From Nanobdellota archaeon (lineage in GTDB: Archaea; Nanobdellota; Nanobdellia; Pacearchaeales; GW2011-AR1): DNA of 64,000 nt. Shown here piece by piece: positions 37,007 to 46,276 of the stretch. Positions within the stretch are counted from its first letter, which is position 1. Each line of letters begins with the position of its first letter. Both the position numbers and the translations under genes were made by a program. The notes under the pieces were generated by a model. That model worked only from the letters and a program-made list of their open reading frames with translations, was not told the DNA's origin and ran no database searches. The stretch lies in NCBI GenBank assembly GCA_018815925.1, contig JAHIWS010000019.1, positions 252-64,251 of the forward strand, in the 5' to 3' direction.

Positions 37007-38109
37007 AAAAAGATATTCTTGAAGAAGCATATGAAAGAGCAAAAGAAACTTTAAGATTATGCTCAACAAAATATGGGCTTTATGCTAGTGGAGGAAAAAA
37101 TGGATATTTTGGAGTGTGGAGTAGAGATTCTAATATTAGCTTAATTGGTGCTAGTACAGAAAAAAATGATTTATTTAAAGGACAATTTAAAAAAAGTCTT
37201 GAAACTTTAAAAAAACATCAGAGTAAACTTGGACAGATTCCTAATGCTGTTCTTAAATTTAATAGAAAAAACCCTCAAGTTGATTTTAAATCAATTGATT
37301 CTAGTTTATGGTTTATTATTGGACATTATATTTACAAAGAAAAATACAAAGATGCAGGTCTTTTTAGAAAACATAAATCTGCTATTAAGAAAGCAATACT
37401 TTGGGTTAAGAATAGAGATGTTGGTGAAGATCTGACTCTTGAGCAACTTCCAACAACTGATTGGCAAGATGCTTTTCCTCATAAATATGGAAGTGTTATT
37501 AGCACTCAAGCACTTTATTATTATGTTTTAAGATTAATTGGAGAAAATAGAAATGCGCGAAAACTTAGGAAAATTGTAAATAAAAGTAAAGAAGATGGTT
37601 TATGGAATAAAAATTATTATTGGGCTTATAGATGGAAAAATCATAATAAATATAAAGAGATTGGTGATTGGTTTGACTCTTTTGGAAATTTAATTTCAAT
37701 TATTTTTGGTTTAGCAAATAAAAAAAGAGCTAAAAAAATTATTTCTTATATTAAAAATAAAGGAATTGCTACTCCTTATCCTGTAAAATCAATTTATCCT
37801 GTAATTAAAAAAACAAGTGCTTATTGGAGAGATTATTATTTAGATGCCGGAGCAACCCCTAATCATTATCTTAATGGGGGAATTTGGCCTTATCTTGGGG
37901 GTTTGTATATTTTAGCTTTAATAAAATTAAAAATGTTTAAAGAAGCTGAAAAAGAATTAATAAAATTAGCTGAAAGTAATTTGAAAAATAATTTATTTCC
38001 TGAATGGATTGACCCCAAAACAAAAAAAACTCATGGTAAATTTCAGGCATGGAGTGCTGGCACTTATATTTGGGCTTATAATAGTGTGAAGATGAAGAAG
38101 GTGTTGTAA
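37003..38109 (+). CDS. (alpha/alpha)6-barrel glycoside hydrolase, glycogen-debranching/GDB1-like
   Basis: 368 aa. GVWSRDS, DSSLWFI, TTDWQD, LNGGIWPYLGG, QAWSAGTY. ATGA overlap with nagB. Confidence 0.6.
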   Translation: MKKDILEEAYERAKETLRLCSTKYGLYASGGKNGYFGVWSRDSNISLIGASTEKNDLFKGQFKKSLETLKKHQSKLGQIPNAVLKFNRKNPQVDFKSIDSSLWFIIGHYIYKEKYKDAGLFRKHKSAIKKAILWVKNRDVGEDLTLEQLPTTDWQDAFPHKYGSVISTQALYYYVLRLIGENRNARKLRKIVNKSKEDGLWNKNYYWAYRWKNHNKYKEIGDWFDSFGNLISIIFGLANKKRAKKIISYIKNKGIATPYPVKSIYPVIKKTSAYWRDYYLDAGATPNHYLNGGIWPYLGGLYILALIKLKMFKEAEKELIKLAESNLKNNLFPEWIDPKTKKTHGKFQAWSAGTYIWAYNSVKMKKVL

Positions 38110-39224
38110 TGGTTAAAGTAAAAAAAGATAAATTGCTTTTAGGTCCTAAGGATATTAAACCTAGTTCTAATAAATTTGAAATTCTTGGAGTATTAAATCC
38201 TGCAGCAGTAAGATTAAAAGATGGAAGAATTTTGCTTTATATTAGGGTAGTAGAGAGACTTAAGAAGACAGAGGATTCTAGATATTTTTATGTTCCGAGA
38301 TTTGCTGGAAAAAATAATTTTAAAGTTGTTATAGATAAATTTTCAAAGAGCAAAGTCACAGGGGAGGATAAAATTGCAATAATATTTAAGAATGACACTA
38401 AACGCTTAACTTTTATTTCTCATTTTAGAAGAGTTTATCTTGATAAATCTGGGTTAAAAATTTTGAAAATAGAACAAAAACCTAGTTTTTTTGGATTAAA
38501 GCATGATGGTGAATTAGGGGTTGAGGATCCACGTATTACAAAAATTAATAAGAAATATTATATGACTTATGTTGGCCTTTCTAGGAGAGAGGGAATTTCA
38601 ACTTATTTAGCCGAATCTGATGATGTCATAAGGTGGAAACGTTTAGGTATAATTTTTGGAGAGCAAGATAAAGATGTTGTTTTGTTTCCTGAAAAAATAA
38701 AAAATAAATATGTTTGTTTTGATAGGCCAGAAGGAAATTTTGAATTTTCAACCCCTCATATTTGGATAGCTTTTTCTCCTGATTTAATCCATTGGGGGAA
38801 ATTAGATGCAGTAAATTTAGGAGGTAAAAATAAAGACTTTTCAAGAATTGGTGCTGGTCCTCCCCCAATAAAAACAGAAAAAGGTTGGCTTCAAATTTTT
38901 CATGCAGTAACTAAGGGTGTTCCAAAAGGATTTTGGATTTCTATTAAAAAAATTTTTGGATATGTTTATTCTGATCTTGATGATTATACTATTTGGGCTG
39001 CTCTTTTAGATAAAAATAATCCAAAAAAACTTTTAGCTAAAAGTCATCTTCCCATTATTATTCCAAAGAAAAAATATGAAATAAGTTTTGAAAATAAAAA
39101 AGTAGTTTTTCCTACTGGAATTATCCAGGATAGAAAAGATATTTTATTATATAATGGGGTCGGAGATAAATTTGTTAGTGTTAAAAAGATAAAGTTAAGT
39201 GAAATTATGAAGAATTTGGATTAG
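38109..39224 (+). CDS. GH130-family glycoside phosphorylase/hydrolase (PH1107-related)
   Basis: 371 aa. GVLNPAAVRLKDGRILLYIRV, GVEDPRITKI, YYMTYVG. TAATG overlap with the upstream gene. Confidence 0.68.
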   Translation: MVKVKKDKLLLGPKDIKPSSNKFEILGVLNPAAVRLKDGRILLYIRVVERLKKTEDSRYFYVPRFAGKNNFKVVIDKFSKSKVTGEDKIAIIFKNDTKRLTFISHFRRVYLDKSGLKILKIEQKPSFFGLKHDGELGVEDPRITKINKKYYMTYVGLSRREGISTYLAESDDVIRWKRLGIIFGEQDKDVVLFPEKIKNKYVCFDRPEGNFEFSTPHIWIAFSPDLIHWGKLDAVNLGGKNKDFSRIGAGPPPIKTEKGWLQIFHAVTKGVPKGFWISIKKIFGYVYSDLDDYTIWAALLDKNNPKKLLAKSHLPIIIPKKKYEISFENKKVVFPTGIIQDRKDILLYNGVGDKFVSVKKIKLSEIMKNLD

Positions 39225-39236
39225 AAAGGTATATAT

Positions 39237-40376
39237 TTATCGAATACCTAACTTCTCTTGAATTACTCTAAGCATTTTTTTTGCAATGACTCTGTAATCT
39301 AAGTTTTCAACAGTGTGTTTTCTTCCAGCTTCTCCCATCTGTTTGCAAAGTTCTGGACTATACAATAGTCTTTTAGTGTATTCTATTAAATCATCAACAT
39401 TTGCCCTATATCCAAAAATTTTGGGAGCATCAAATCTTACTATTTGTTTACTTGAATACCCCATACTAGGGTATGCCCACTCTTCATTTAATTTTATTTC
39501 TTCAGCAACTCTAGCTAAAAATCCTGTTTCTCCATGAATAATGGTTTCTGCAGGCCCTCCTTTATTTATGGAAATTACTGGCTTTCCACAACTCATTGCT
39601 TCAACTTGTATCATACCAAATCCTTCAATTCTTGAAGGAGCTGCATAAAGATCACATGCATTAATTACCTTAGCCATAAATTCCTGGCTCCATGCATCAT
39701 CCACAAATATGATTTTATCCCTAATTCCTAGTTCATCAGCTAATCGCTCTTCTCTTTCTCTCCACTCATGTGCACACTCACTAGGCCAAGTCTTACACAC
39801 ATATTTCCAATCTTTGAACTCCTTATTAATTTCTGCAAGTGCCTTTATCATTTCTTGGGCTCCTTTACTTGTCACATCTCCCCCCATTGTTAAAATCATT
39901 TTTTCATTATCTCTTACACCCAACATTCTTCTTAATGCAAAATTTAGTCCATTATTTTTTTCTGGTTTAAATAAATCTGTATCAATTCCAATATGCATAG
40001 GAATTATTTTAGAAACATCTGTTCCATCTCTAGCATAAACACCCCTAACCCACTCACTTGTTGTGAACATTAATTTTAATTGATTAAATTCTGCTTGATA
40101 ATTAGCTACCCATCCATCAGAATTAAACCAAGGAATTGGTGTAACACCCCACTTTAAAGGTTCTCTAACAATTTCTGGTACATTCCCCCAAAAACCAACT
40201 CCAATGCAAATATCTGGTTTAAAATGTCTTAAATAAAATTCTTTTTGAATACTATCATTATGATGGCAAGGTATTGCTTCTACTCCTGCTGCAAGAAGTC
40301 CTTTGTATAAATAATGCCCTTGAAGACTAACTCCATCAGGTTCAGGAGGATATGCATATAGAATTAAAGCCTTCAT
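39237..40376 (-). CDS. Glycosyltransferase family 4 (GT-B, group 1)
   Basis: 379 aa. EGFGMIQVEAMSCGKPVI (E-x7-E region). Visibly more G+C and Trp/Arg/Ala/His/Cys than neighbouring genes (not computed). Confidence 0.8.
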   Translation of the reverse strand: MKALILYAYPPEPDGVSLQGHYLYKGLLAAGVEAIPCHHNDSIQKEFYLRHFKPDICIGVGFWGNVPEIVREPLKWGVTPIPWFNSDGWVANYQAEFNQLKLMFTTSEWVRGVYARDGTDVSKIIPMHIGIDTDLFKPEKNNGLNFALRRMLGVRDNEKMILTMGGDVTSKGAQEMIKALAEINKEFKDWKYVCKTWPSECAHEWREREERLADELGIRDKIIFVDDAWSQEFMAKVINACDLYAAPSRIEGFGMIQVEAMSCGKPVISINKGGPAETIIHGETGFLARVAEEIKLNEEWAYPSMGYSSKQIVRFDAPKIFGYRANVDDLIEYTKRLLYSPELCKQMGEAGRKHTVENLDYRVIAKKMLRVIQEKLGIR

Positions 40377-40427
40377 TTTATTTTTTTTGAAGACGAATGA
40401 ATGAAAATTTAATATCCGCTTTCATCT

Positions 40428-41030
40428 TTATTCTTTAAATTTATCAAATGCTTCTATTAAACCTGCACTATTTTCCTCAAAACCAATGCCCCCCCTATCA
40501 TAACCATAAACATCAATTGCAAGTTCTCTTTTAATTAAAAGTTCATTGCTATTAAGTTTTATAAGAATATCTGCACTCGAGTTATATATTGCATATCCCT
40601 GATGTCTGTTTTTTATTTTATGATATGAAAAGAAAAAAACTTGTTTTGACTTGATTAAATTTTTTTTGATTGCTATTACAACTGCTTTATAAATTTCTTT
40701 ATGTCTAGGGTGGCCATATTCTCCGTTTAATCCGTGTGTAAAGAGAATATCAAATGTTTTATTTTTAGTATGTTTGGAAATTGTTTTTAAAAATTGTTGT
40801 TGATTTAATGGTTTATTTAGGTGTTCATCATCTAAATCATAAATAAATCCTTTTACACCAAGAACTTTTATGACTTTTTTAAATTTAAGATATCTATCTT
40901 TGTCTGATTTCCTAGTCAAACAAACAATTGTTGTATCCCACCTTTTTTTGTTTCTAATTAAAGTTCCTCCTACCCAAAGTGTTTCATCATCTGGGTGTGC
41001 TACAATAACTAATACTTTTTTCTTTAACAT
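40428..41030 (-). CDS. PIG-L/LmbE-family N-acetylglucosaminyl deacetylase
   Basis: 200 aa. VLVIVAHPDDETLWVGG and HPRH motifs. Confidence 0.85.
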   Translation of the reverse strand: MLKKKVLVIVAHPDDETLWVGGTLIRNKKRWDTTIVCLTRKSDKDRYLKFKKVIKVLGVKGFIYDLDDEHLNKPLNQQQFLKTISKHTKNKTFDILFTHGLNGEYGHPRHKEIYKAVVIAIKKNLIKSKQVFFFSYHKIKNRHQGYAIYNSSADILIKLNSNELLIKRELAIDVYGYDRGGIGFEENSAGLIEAFDKFKE

Positions 41031-41298
41031 GTTGAGGACAAGGTTTTTAATTACATAAATCTTTGTATGATTATATGAAAAAAGAGCAGAAGATTTTTGT
41101 TTATGTTTTAGCGGTGATATTAGTTATATTGTTTCTTACTTGTATTTGGGGGGCCCGCACCTGTTGAGCAACCTGGGATTTGTTCTGCTCTTATTGGAGA
41201 TCGAGGTCCTCAGGCAATGACATATGAAAAAGTTCAGACTGAGTTAAGAAATGCTCAATCTAGTTTTATTTAGAAACCTTTATTATCTCATAAACTCA

Positions 41299-41340
41299 GT
41301 CCGAAAAGTAATTAATGTCCGATAAGTGTCCGAAAAGTAA
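41299..41340 (+). promoter_or_regulatory. Three GTCCGA(A/T)AAGT direct repeats upstream of the HEPN gene
   Basis: GTCCGAAAAGTAA 41299-41311, GTCCGATAAGT 41317-41327, GTCCGAAAAGTAA 41328-41340. The ATG is at 41373. Confidence 0.3.
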
Positions 41341-41372
41341 AGATTAAAAAGAAGTATTTCTTAATTAATTTT

Positions 41373-41918
41373 ATGAATAAAGAATTGAAAAATATACTTA
41401 ATTCAAAAGAGAAGATAGAAGAAATGGAATTAAGATATATGAAAGAAATAAATTTTTTTATTAAATTAACTAAAGAAAAAAAACTTAGATTAGTGGAACC
41501 AAGTGAAGAACTAAAAAAATCTTATTTGGAAAAATCTGAGAGTAATATGGTTTCTGCAAAAATCTTATTAAAAAACTCCAGATTAGAAGAAGCTGTTTCT
41601 TTAACTTATTATAGTATGTATAACCTTTTAATGGCATTATTTTTTAAGTCAAGAATAAAAAGTGAAAATCATTTAGCTACAACAAGCCTATTAGAGAAAA
41701 TATTTGGATTAGATAATTCTTTTGTTATTTTTGCTAAAAAGGAAAGAGTTGATAAACAATATTATGTTGACTTTAAAATAACTAAAAAAGATGTAGAAAT
41801 TTTAATTCAAAAAGCAGAGGATTTTAATTTAAATTTATTTGATTTTATTTCAAAATTGACTAATGAGAAAATTAAAAACTATAGAGATAAATTTATTAAT
41901 TTAATTAATTTTAATTAA
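41373..41918 (+). CDS. HEPN-domain protein
   Basis: 181 aa, helical. SYLEKSESNMVSAKILL..., and RIKSENH fits the Rx4-6H HEPN motif. Confidence 0.55.
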   Translation: MNKELKNILNSKEKIEEMELRYMKEINFFIKLTKEKKLRLVEPSEELKKSYLEKSESNMVSAKILLKNSRLEEAVSLTYYSMYNLLMALFFKSRIKSENHLATTSLLEKIFGLDNSFVIFAKKERVDKQYYVDFKITKKDVEILIQKAEDFNLNLFDFISKLTNEKIKNYRDKFINLINFN

Positions 41919-41937
41919 TTAACAAAAAGGTGAATAA

Positions 41938-42849
41938 ATGTTTGATGTAATTACTTTTGGAAGTGCTGTTATTGATGTTTTTGTAGACACAGATATAGCT
42001 GAAAAAAAAGGATTTATGGCTTATCCTGTTGGATCAAAAATATTACTTAAAGATATAAAATTTGATATTGGGGGTGGAGGAACTAATACTGCTGTAGCTT
42101 TCTCTAGGTTAGGATTAAAAACAGGTTATATGGGAAAAGTAGGTGATGATACTGACGGAAAATCCATTTTAAATGTATTACATAAAGAAAAAATAAAATT
42201 TCTAGGTAAAATTGAAAAACAAGGAATATCAGGTTATTCTATTATTTTAGATAGCAAAGAAAATAATAGAACCATCTTAACATTTAAAGGGACAAATAAT
42301 AATTTAAAATTTGATGAATTAAAATTAAAAAAAATAAAAACAAAATGGCTTTATTTAACTTCCTTGTTAGAAAACAGCTTTATTGCTCAAAAAAAACTAG
42401 TCTCCTATTTAGCTAGTCGGGGGATAAAAATTGCATTTAATCCAAGTTCTTACCTAATTAAAAGATTAGATTTAAAACCAATTTTAAAATTTTGTGAAGT
42501 AATAATTTTTAATAAAGAAGAAGCACAAATGTTGGCTAAAAAAAATAAAATTAAAAACAAGAATTTGATTAAAGGACTTCATGATTTAGGTGTAAAAATT
42601 ATTGTTATAACTGATAAAAACAAAAAAATCTGGGCTTATGATGGTATAAAAAAATACTCTATCCAACCTCATAAAATAAAAGTTGTTGAAAGAACTGGTG
42701 CAGGAGATGCTTTTGGTGCAGGATTTGTTGCTGGATTAATTGTTAATAAAAGCATTGAAGGATGTTTAAAATTAGGTTTAAAAGAAAGTGAGAGTGTATT
42801 AAGACATTTTGGTGCTAAAAATAATTTGTTAAGGATGAAGTTAAAATGA
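41938..42849 (+). CDS. PfkB-family carbohydrate/nucleoside kinase
   Basis: 303 aa. GGGGTN and TGAGDAFGAGF signatures. Confidence 0.85.
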   Translation: MFDVITFGSAVIDVFVDTDIAEKKGFMAYPVGSKILLKDIKFDIGGGGTNTAVAFSRLGLKTGYMGKVGDDTDGKSILNVLHKEKIKFLGKIEKQGISGYSIILDSKENNRTILTFKGTNNNLKFDELKLKKIKTKWLYLTSLLENSFIAQKKLVSYLASRGIKIAFNPSSYLIKRLDLKPILKFCEVIIFNKEEAQMLAKKNKIKNKNLIKGLHDLGVKIIVITDKNKKIWAYDGIKKYSIQPHKIKVVERTGAGDAFGAGFVAGLIVNKSIEGCLKLGLKESESVLRHFGAKNNLLRMKLK

Positions 42850-43595
42850 TTAATTTAAATAAAATAACTCACAGAGGAAAAGCACTTTTTTTAGCATATG
42901 ATCAAGGACTTGAACATGGACCAATTGATTTTAATGATAAAAATGTTGATCCTCTTTATATTTTAGATATTGCTAAAAAAGGAAAATATACAGGTATAGT
43001 CTTTCAAAAAGGAATTGCAGAAAAATACAAAAAAGAAATCAAAAAAAGTAAAATTCCACTTATTTTAAAATTAAATGGGAAAACTAATTTAGTTAAAGGA
43101 GATCCTATATCCGAGGAATTATGCACTGTTAAAGAAGCAGTTAAGTTGGGGGCTAGTGCTGTTGGTTATACTATTTATTTAGGAAGTGTTCATGAATCAA
43201 ATATGTTTGATGATTTTGAAGATATTCAAAAAGAGGCTCATAAAGTAGGTTTGCCTGTTATTGTTTGGATGTATCCTAGGGGTAAGAACATTAAAGGAAA
43301 GTCAAAAACAGAATTAATGGCTTATGCTACAAGAGTTGCATTAGAGCTTGGTGCAGATATTGTTAAAATTCAGCCTTTTGGGAAATTGAAAGATTTAGCT
43401 TGGGCAGCAAAGTCAGCAGGAAGAGTAAAAGTTGTTAGTGCTGGGGGAAGCAAGAAGAATGAGAATGATTTAATTAAACAAGTTAAAGAATACATTAAAG
43501 CAGGATTTATTGGAATGGCAATTGGAAGAAATGTTTGGCAAGCTAAAAATCCTATGGATGTAACTAATAAATTAAAAAAGGTGATTTGGGGATGA
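42846..43595 (+). CDS. fba: Class I fructose-bisphosphate aldolase, archaeal DhnA type
   Basis: 249 aa. FLAYDQGLEHGP, and Schiff-base Lys context GADIVKIQ. ATGA overlap with the kinase. Confidence 0.78.
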   Translation: MINLNKITHRGKALFLAYDQGLEHGPIDFNDKNVDPLYILDIAKKGKYTGIVFQKGIAEKYKKEIKKSKIPLILKLNGKTNLVKGDPISEELCTVKEAVKLGASAVGYTIYLGSVHESNMFDDFEDIQKEAHKVGLPVIVWMYPRGKNIKGKSKTELMAYATRVALELGADIVKIQPFGKLKDLAWAAKSAGRVKVVSAGGSKKNENDLIKQVKEYIKAGFIGMAIGRNVWQAKNPMDVTNKLKKVIWG

Positions 43596-44218
43596 AACCA
43601 ATTGTAATAATTAATTTCAAAACATATAAATCTGGAAAAGATACATTGAAGTTAGCTAAAGTAATTGAGAAATTTGATAAGAAAATAATAATTGGAGTTC
43701 AGGCAACAGATTTACATTCAATTTACTCTTTAACAAATTTACCTATATTTATTCAACATGTTGATTTTGTTGAGTCTGGAAAAAATACAGGGTTTATTAC
43801 TCCTGAAGCAGTTTATGATGTTGGGGCTAGGGGGGTCTTTTTAAATCATTCAGAGCATAAGTTGAAATATAGAGTTATTAAGAAAACAGTTAAGAGATGT
43901 AAAAAAATTGGTTTGAAAGTTGCTGTTTTTGCAGGTAGTTTAAAAGAAGCAAAAAAATTAAGAAGATTAAAGCCGGATTATTTAATTTATGAACCTCCTG
44001 AACTTGTTGGAGGTAAAATTTCTGTTTCAAAAGCAAAACCAGAAATTATTGGGAAAATTGCAGAAAAACTCAAATATCCTTTTTTAGTTGGAGCTGGAGT
44101 TAAAACTAGTGAAGATATTAAGATTGCAATGAAATTAGGTGCTAAAGGTATTGCTGTTTCTAGTGCTATTACTAAAGCAAAGAATCCTAAGAAGGTATTA
44201 AAGAAGTTGTTAGGATAA
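43592..44218 (+). CDS. tpiA: Triosephosphate isomerase (short archaeal type)
   Basis: INFKTY, LNHSEH, YEPPELVGG, GAGV. The track start is TTG 43586. ATG 43592 overlaps the fba stop as ATGA. Confidence 0.85.
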   Translation: MKPIVIINFKTYKSGKDTLKLAKVIEKFDKKIIIGVQATDLHSIYSLTNLPIFIQHVDFVESGKNTGFITPEAVYDVGARGVFLNHSEHKLKYRVIKKTVKRCKKIGLKVAVFAGSLKEAKKLRRLKPDYLIYEPPELVGGKISVSKAKPEIIGKIAEKLKYPFLVGAGVKTSEDIKIAMKLGAKGIAVSSAITKAKNPKKVLKKLLG

Positions 44219-44254
44219 AAGAATATAAAACTTATTAAATTAAATTACTAAAAA

Positions 44255-45007
44255 TTACAAAGCAGCAATCCAACCACCATCTGCAACTATCTCTGCCCCA
44301 GTCATATAAGAAGAAGCGTCGCTTGCTAAAAAAACTGCAGGTCCAGCAATATCAACTGGTTTACCAACTCTTTTTATTAAAAATTTAGACATCATTCCTG
44401 CAAGTGTTTTTTTGTCTTTTGTAAATCCTGTTGTCATAGGAGTATCAATCAAACCAGGATGAATTGAATTAACTCTTATTCCCAAAGCTCCAACTTCTGC
44501 TGCAAGTGCTTTTGTAAATAATCTAATAGCACCTTTACTTGCACAATAAGCTGCTCCTCCAGCAGAACCCTCTATCCCTGCTACTGAAGAAATATTAATT
44601 ATACTAGCACCTTTTTTCATATATTTTAAAACAGCCTGACTGCATAAAAAAGGTCCTTTTGCATTTATACCTAAGGTTTTATCCCATATCTCCTCTTTCA
44701 TATCAGAAACATTTCCAGTAAGATAAACCCCCGCATTATTCACTAAAATATTAATTTTCTTAAAAACTTTTATTGTTTGCGAAATAAGATATTCTACTTG
44801 TTTTTTATCAGAAATATCTGTTTTCACATAAATAGCTTTTCTCTTTAATTTTTTTATTTTATTAACTGTATCTTGTCCTGGAATTATATCAGAAACAACA
44901 ATATCTGCTCCATGCTTTGCAAGTTCTAATGCAATTCCTTTACCAATTCCTCTTGCTGCACCAGTAACAATAGCAACCTTACCATTTAAATCGAAAAGAT
45001 TATTCAT
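44255..45007 (-). CDS. Short-chain dehydrogenase/reductase (FabG/glucose-1-dehydrogenase-like)
   Basis: 250 aa. TGAARGIG, NNAG, S...YCASK catalytic set. Confidence 0.9.
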   Translation of the reverse strand: MNNLFDLNGKVAIVTGAARGIGKGIALELAKHGADIVVSDIIPGQDTVNKIKKLKRKAIYVKTDISDKKQVEYLISQTIKVFKKINILVNNAGVYLTGNVSDMKEEIWDKTLGINAKGPFLCSQAVLKYMKKGASIINISSVAGIEGSAGGAAYCASKGAIRLFTKALAAEVGALGIRVNSIHPGLIDTPMTTGFTKDKKTLAGMMSKFLIKRVGKPVDIAGPAVFLASDASSYMTGAEIVADGGWIAAL

Positions 45008-45141
45008 TTTTTTTCCCTCTTTTTATAATATATTAACTTAATTAAAATCCTTAATTATTTAAAGGTTTCTAAAAATATATTATTAACCAAAAAACTCAAT
45101 CTCTCAGCAAACTATTTAAATCATTCTTCCTTTTTTAAATC

Positions 45142-45474
45142 ATGAAAAAAGTGGTTAGGCCTTGGGGTAATTTTAAAGAATTTGTTAAAAATAAAAAATG
45201 TACTATTAAGATTATTGAAGTTAAACCTAGACAAAAATTAAGCCTGCAATATCATAAAAAAAGAGATGAAGTTTGGTATTTTTTAGATAAAGCCGTGGTT
45301 CAGTTAGGAAAAAAGAAATTTAGAGTAAAACCAGGAGAATTAATTAAAGTTCATAAGAAAAAAGCTCATAGGGTCATTGCGGGATTAAAAAAAGTCATAT
45401 TTTTAGAAATTGCCTATGGTAATTTTAGTGAACAAGATGAAGTGAGGTTAGAGGATAAATATGGTAGAAAGTAA
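45142..45474 (+). CDS. Cupin-type phosphomannose isomerase domain protein
   Basis: 110 aa. RPWGNFKEF..., SLQYHKKRDEVWYFL, HRV match the type II PMI cupin. Confidence 0.72.
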   Translation: MKKVVRPWGNFKEFVKNKKCTIKIIEVKPRQKLSLQYHKKRDEVWYFLDKAVVQLGKKKFRVKPGELIKVHKKKAHRVIAGLKKVIFLEIAYGNFSEQDEVRLEDKYGRK

Positions 45475-46276
45475 GGTTATTGCAGTTGATTTAGGAGGAA
45501 CTAATTTAAGAGTTGCATTGGTTAAAGGTAAAAAAATTTTAAATTATGTTAAAGTTTCTACACCCAAAACTAAAAATGAAATACTAGATTCCCTTGTTAA
45601 TTCTATCAAAAAAGTTATGACTAAAGATGTAAAAGCTATTGGAGTTGGTAGTCCTGGTCCTTTAAAAAAAGGAGTTATTATTAATAGTCCAAATCTCCCC
45701 TTTAAAATATTTGATCTTAAGGAATTTTTAAAGAAAAAATTTAATAAAAGAGTTGAAGTTGCAAATGATGCCGATGTTGTAGCATTATCAGAAATGACTT
45801 ATGGGGTAAAGAAAAAGAATTTTTTTATTTTAACTCTTGGAACAGGAATTGGAGGGGGAGTAATCATTAATCATGAACTTTATAGTGGAGAAGGATATGC
45901 AGGGGAATTAGGTCAAATTCTTATCCATAATGGAAAAGATATGGAAACCTACTGGCAAAATCTTAGAAAACAATGTAAAAAATATTTTGGAAGAGAAATG
46001 ATGGTTAAAGAATTACTTAAGTCTAAAGATAAAAGAGCAATAAAAATTCTAAAAGAGGTTAGTTCTTATCTAGGGCAAGGAATAGCAAGCTTAATTCATG
46101 TGTTTGATCCTGAAGTTGTTGTATTAATCGGTGGAGCAAGAGAAACTGGAAACAAATTTTTAAATATGATTAAGAAAGAAACATACAAAGCTCTTATGAT
46201 CCCCCATAAAACTCCAATTAAGTGGAGTAAAATTAAACATCCTGGAATATTGGGAGCCTCATTATTAGTCAAATGA
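45461..46276 (+). CDS. ROK-family sugar kinase (glucokinase-like)
   Basis: 271 aa. DLGGTNLRVA, ANDADVVALSE, LGTGIGGG, GELGQI. No CxCGxxGC zinc motif. Confidence 0.82.
   Translation: MVESKVIAVDLGGTNLRVALVKGKKILNYVKVSTPKTKNEILDSLVNSIKKVMTKDVKAIGVGSPGPLKKGVIINSPNLPFKIFDLKEFLKKKFNKRVEVANDADVVALSEMTYGVKKKNFFILTLGTGIGGGVIINHELYSGEGYAGELGQILIHNGKDMETYWQNLRKQCKKYFGREMMVKELLKSKDKRAIKILKEVSSYLGQGIASLIHVFDPEVVVLIGGARETGNKFLNMIKKETYKALMIPHKTPIKWSKIKHPGILGASLLVK

Noticed and set aside
41140-41230. GC-rich patch (GGGGGGCCCGCACC...) as a tRNA or structured ncRNA.
   Set aside because: There is no T-loop (GTTCRAATC) or cloverleaf, and no convincing long-range pairing by eye. Its coding potential in two frames explains it better.
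41373-41918. Calling the HEPN gene a toxin-antitoxin or defence system.
   Set aside because: There is no adjacent MNT, antitoxin or other defence partner, and the HEPN call itself is motif-level only. It is reported as an orphan HEPN rather than as a system.
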